Shown: positions 61,060 to 64,000 of the stretch, piece by piece
How the letters are laid out: every line of letters begins with the position of its first letter
How positions within the stretch are numbered: the first letter of the stretch is position 1
Assembly (NCBI GenBank): GCA_963422735.1
Contig: OY730476.1
Span: 192,001 to 256,000, forward strand
Direction: 5' to 3'
DNA: 64,000 nt
Source: Candidatus Latescibacterota bacterium
GTDB lineage: Bacteria > Latescibacterota > UBA2968 > UBA8231
The notes under the pieces: generated by a model
The model's input: only the letters and a program-made list of their open reading frames with translations
Told to the model about the DNA's origin: nothing
The model's database searches: none
Made by a program: the position numbers and the translations under genes

Positions 61060-62565
61060 TCAACTGCGTTGGTTGTAGTAGTATTTGACGAGCGCGTTGA
61101 GTGCCTCTTGGGGAGCGGCGACCACATCCGCGTCAATGCAGAACTGGCTCAACCCGGCTAGCTTGAGGCCGTGTCCGTAGTCGCTGAACATTTCTTCGCA
61201 CAATTCGCCGGGAGCCATATTCCGCGTGCTGGCTAGGGACTCGATTTGCGTGGAGGCTTCCGGCGTGATCTCCAAGGCGATGCCGTGTTCGCGTTGAAAG
61301 TTGTCGAGAAAGCGGCACAGCGAGGTGTCTTGGAGCAAGCGTTCTAGACCGGCCGCAGGGTTGAGTACGGTATCGGCCTCGACCGTAAAGTGCTCGATGC
61401 CGACGGAGGGGAGCTTTTTTTCGTAGTTAATCAATACTTTTTCAATGGCGCTGACCAAGCCGCGAGCGCCGATGTGCTCGGCGTGTGCGCGCTCGGCTAA
61501 AAGGGCTAGGGCCTCGTCGGCAAATTCGATCTCAATGCCATAGGCGCGGAAGTCGCGCTTCTTCGACAGGATGACGCTGCTTTTGGGGTTGCGGAGGATT
61601 TTGAGGAGATCTTCGGGGCCGAGGCCGTGCAGTACGGCGATGACGGGCAAGCGGCCAATGAACTCGGACTCGAACCCGTATTTGATCAAATCCTCGGCCC
61701 GCACGTGGGACAGGAGCTGATCGGCGTTGAGGTGGGCCGGGTCGGCTTGGGAGCGGAACCCCATGGCGCCTTTGTTGAGTCGACGGCCGATGATTTCGTC
61801 CAGCCCGGAAAAGGCCCCGCTAACAATAAAGAGGATATTGCGGGTATTGACCTTCTGGCGTTCGATCTTGCCCGTCTGCTGCATCTGGATGACGGATTCC
61901 ATCTGCGAGGCAATGTCGTGCGGAGCTTTGAGGTCGACGTCGGTTTCCTCCATCAGCTTGAGCAGGTTGCGCTGGACGCCCGAGCGCGAGACATCTGGGC
62001 CGTGTACTCCCTGTGCAGAGGCGATTTTGTCGATTTCGTCGATGTATATGATGCCACACTGGGCGCGTTCGATATCGCCGTCGGCCTCGCGGACTAGATC
62101 GCGCACCAAGTCTTCGACATCGCCGCCGACATAGCCGGTCTCGCTGAATTTGGTGGCATCGCCCTTGACGAAAGGGACGCCGATTTTGCGGGCGATAAGG
62201 CGGACTAGATAGGTTTTTCCCACGCCGGTAGGGCCGACCATCAACACGTTGTTCTTGATGTTGCCGACGAGCCCTTCTTCTTCCTCTGGGGGCAGTTTTA
62301 AGCGGTTGAAGTGCGTGCAGATCTTGGTGGCGAGAATGGCCTTGGCTTCTTGCTGCTTGATTACGTATTGATCGAGATAGGCCTCTAATTCTTCCGGTTT
62401 GAGATCGAAATGGAGGGCCTCGGACTCGACCGTCTGCACACCTTCGCCCTCGGTGGCGGAAGCTTCGGGCTGGGCTGGCGCTTGCTCTTGTTCTTCGATT
62501 TGTCTAGCTAGGAGACGGCGCAGTTTTTCTGGGTCGATCTCCACTTTTTCAGCACGCGGTTGCAT
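61060..62565 (-). CDS. ClpX-like AAA+ ATPase lacking the N-terminal zinc-binding domain
   Basis: GPTGVGKT, DATKFSETGYVGGDVE, YIDEIDKI, MGF loop, EFIGRLP, GARGL. Confidence 0.85.
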   Translation of the reverse strand: MQPRAEKVEIDPEKLRRLLARQIEEQEQAPAQPEASATEGEGVQTVESEALHFDLKPEELEAYLDQYVIKQQEAKAILATKICTHFNRLKLPPEEEEGLVGNIKNNVLMVGPTGVGKTYLVRLIARKIGVPFVKGDATKFSETGYVGGDVEDLVRDLVREADGDIERAQCGIIYIDEIDKIASAQGVHGPDVSRSGVQRNLLKLMEETDVDLKAPHDIASQMESVIQMQQTGKIERQKVNTRNILFIVSGAFSGLDEIIGRRLNKGAMGFRSQADPAHLNADQLLSHVRAEDLIKYGFESEFIGRLPVIAVLHGLGPEDLLKILRNPKSSVILSKKRDFRAYGIEIEFADEALALLAERAHAEHIGARGLVSAIEKVLINYEKKLPSVGIEHFTVEADTVLNPAAGLERLLQDTSLCRFLDNFQREHGIALEITPEASTQIESLASTRNMAPGELCEEMFSDYGHGLKLAGLSQFCIDADVVAAPQEALNALVKYYYNQRS

Positions 62566-62667
62566 ATATTACCTAAGGAAAGGTTGGAAATGCAGTGGCG
62601 TAAAAAATATACTCGTCCTCTCAGATGTGGACAACCTGGGCCCCGTGCCTTTTTCCCGCCTGCTTCT

Positions 62668-64000
62668 ATGCAGCGCATTGCTCGCTACGTATGCGTGGTC
62701 CTCGCGGCGGTGCTGGCACCGAACTTCGCAGAAGGGCAGGTGCGCCCGTGGACGTACTCGGCCGACGCCGAAAAGACCTTTGGCAGCGGGCTTGAGGCAT
62801 ATCAGCAGGGGCGTTTCGACGAGGCACTCAACCACCTGCGGCAGCTAGCGGAGTTCCCGCTCAATCAGCGGTCCAGCGCAGGCCAGTTCCTCTTGGGAAA
62901 AACTCTGTACCGCCTAGGTCGCTTCGCCGAAGCCATCGACGCAGCCTTGGTCTTGCAGCGCAGATTTCCCAAGAGCCGCTACCTGCCCAATGCCCGGCTG
63001 TTGATCGGCGACTCGTTTTTCAACAGCAAGCACCACCGCGAAGCCGCATCCCAGTACGGCCGTTTGTTGGCCGCTCAGGCTCCTCTTGGCATCCAGGCCC
63101 AAGCAGCCGAGCGGTTGGCGGCCATGGATTGGAACGTACAGATAAAAGAACAAGAGCTGACTCGCCTGCGTCAGGCCGTAGGGGCCGGGCGGCTGCGCGA
63201 GGCCCTGTTTTTTGGCCGGGCGCGCTGGCATCAGCGTCTCGGCTGGGAAGAGGAAGCCGCCCAGGCGATGCAGACCTATCGCGATAGCGTTGTCAACGGC
63301 ATATTCGCTCCGTTGGCCGACGTCTGGGGGGGCGGGCAGCACGCACAGCGCCCGGGCGTTGGTTCGGGATCGCCCCGGTTGGGCTTGTTGCTGCCGGTGA
63401 CCGGGCCGTATCGCCGAATCGGCGAGGAGCTCCGCGAGGGGGTGCAATTGGCCAATCGGGAAGCCGGCAGTCCCTTTGAACTTGTAGTCGCCGACACCGG
63501 GGTTGACTATGGTAATTTGCCCATCGGCACCGATCGCGGCGGCGACGTTAGCGAAAGCTCGGCCAGCGGTTTGTTGCGCGTAGCGTACGGTGCCCAGCAG
63601 TTGCTGGACCAAGGGGTCGTGGCCATCGTCGGTCCTCTCTTTAGCAGCTCTAGCGTAGTGGCGGCCACGGTCGCCGCGCGCGCTGGCGTTCCCCTGTTGG
63701 TGCCGCTGGCCCAACAGAGCGGCTTGGATTCGCTCGGCCACAGCGTTTTCCAGTTGAGCACGGTCCCGAAGACGCAGGCGCGTCTGTTGGGCGAGTATGC
63801 GACCCTCGTCCTTGGTTTGGAGCATTTAGTGATTGTTTCTCCTCTTAGCGACTACGGCTGGGACTTCGCGCGCGAGTTCACCCGCATTGCCGAGCGCAAC
63901 GGCGGCCAGATCGCGCACAGCGATTGGTATGTCCCCAACGAGACGAAAGATTTTCGCCGCGTCTTCGAGGAGATCCGCGCGGCCGGTTTTGCGCTGAGGC
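62668..64000 (+). CDS. TPR + periplasmic-binding-protein domain (LpoA-like), 3'-truncated; absent from the ORF track
   Basis: MQRIARYVCVVLAAVLA signal; TPR helices; GLLLPVTG...GEELREGVQLA, AIVGPLFS; frame open to the window end. Confidence 0.75.
   Translation, partial: MQRIARYVCVVLAAVLAPNFAEGQVRPWTYSADAEKTFGSGLEAYQQGRFDEALNHLRQLAEFPLNQRSSAGQFLLGKTLYRLGRFAEAIDAALVLQRRFPKSRYLPNARLLIGDSFFNSKHHREAASQYGRLLAAQAPLGIQAQAAERLAAMDWNVQIKEQELTRLRQAVGAGRLREALFFGRARWHQRLGWEEEAAQAMQTYRDSVVNGIFAPLADVWGGGQHAQRPGVGSGSPRLGLLLPVTGPYRRIGEELREGVQLANREAGSPFELVVADTGVDYGNLPIGTDRGGDVSESSASGLLRVAYGAQQLLDQGVVAIVGPLFSSSSVVAATVAARAGVPLLVPLAQQSGLDSLGHSVFQLSTVPKTQARLLGEYATLVLGLEHLVIVSPLSDYGWDFAREFTRIAERNGGQIAHSDWYVPNETKDFRRVFEEIRAAGFALR

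Noticed and set aside
62914-63825. 303-aa minus-strand ORF
   Set aside because: Antisense shadow of the + strand TPR/periplasmic-binding gene, which runs off the window.
1-64000. tRNA/rRNA genes, reverse transcriptase, intact transposase, sigma-54 promoter
   Set aside because: None recognised by eye; the TGGCAC hits I checked lacked a correctly spaced TTGC. The enzymes acting on the MITEs and arrays must lie outside this window.

Overview
A GC-rich bacterial chromosomal segment. The protein repertoire (CRTAC1/ASPIC, DUF6785, several FlgD-type C-terminal secreted proteins, a 'WGRLK' tail) suggests a Latescibacterota/Poribacteria-like FCB-group organism; this is inference. It holds housekeeping genes (murD, argC, TatD, dut, ClpX-like ATPase), polysaccharide export genes, a xanthine-dehydrogenase-family operon and a sugar ABC transporter. 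A ~21-kb minus-strand cluster encodes four paralogous secreted proteins, a probable outer-membrane barrel, a sugar-binding protein, a DUF6785 membrane protein and an enolase-superfamily dehydratase. Decayed genes are common: three toxin-antitoxin modules, AAC(3), an IS903-like transposase and rlmD. Highlights: (1) a miniature inverted-repeat element in two copies (1382..1715, 33932..34219) that share termini and a structured body but carry different 7-mer tandem arrays of near-equal length, one telomere-like; (2) an ORF-track-missed DUF5069 gene with an in-frame TGA at the family's Cys position plus a SECIS-like hairpin, a candidate selenoprotein next to an FNR-like reductase; (3) a GT8-RRM in-frame fusion; (4) inverted heptamer arrays and a second MITE family carrying REP-like cargo. 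Family assignments are from motif recognition only; no searches were run.
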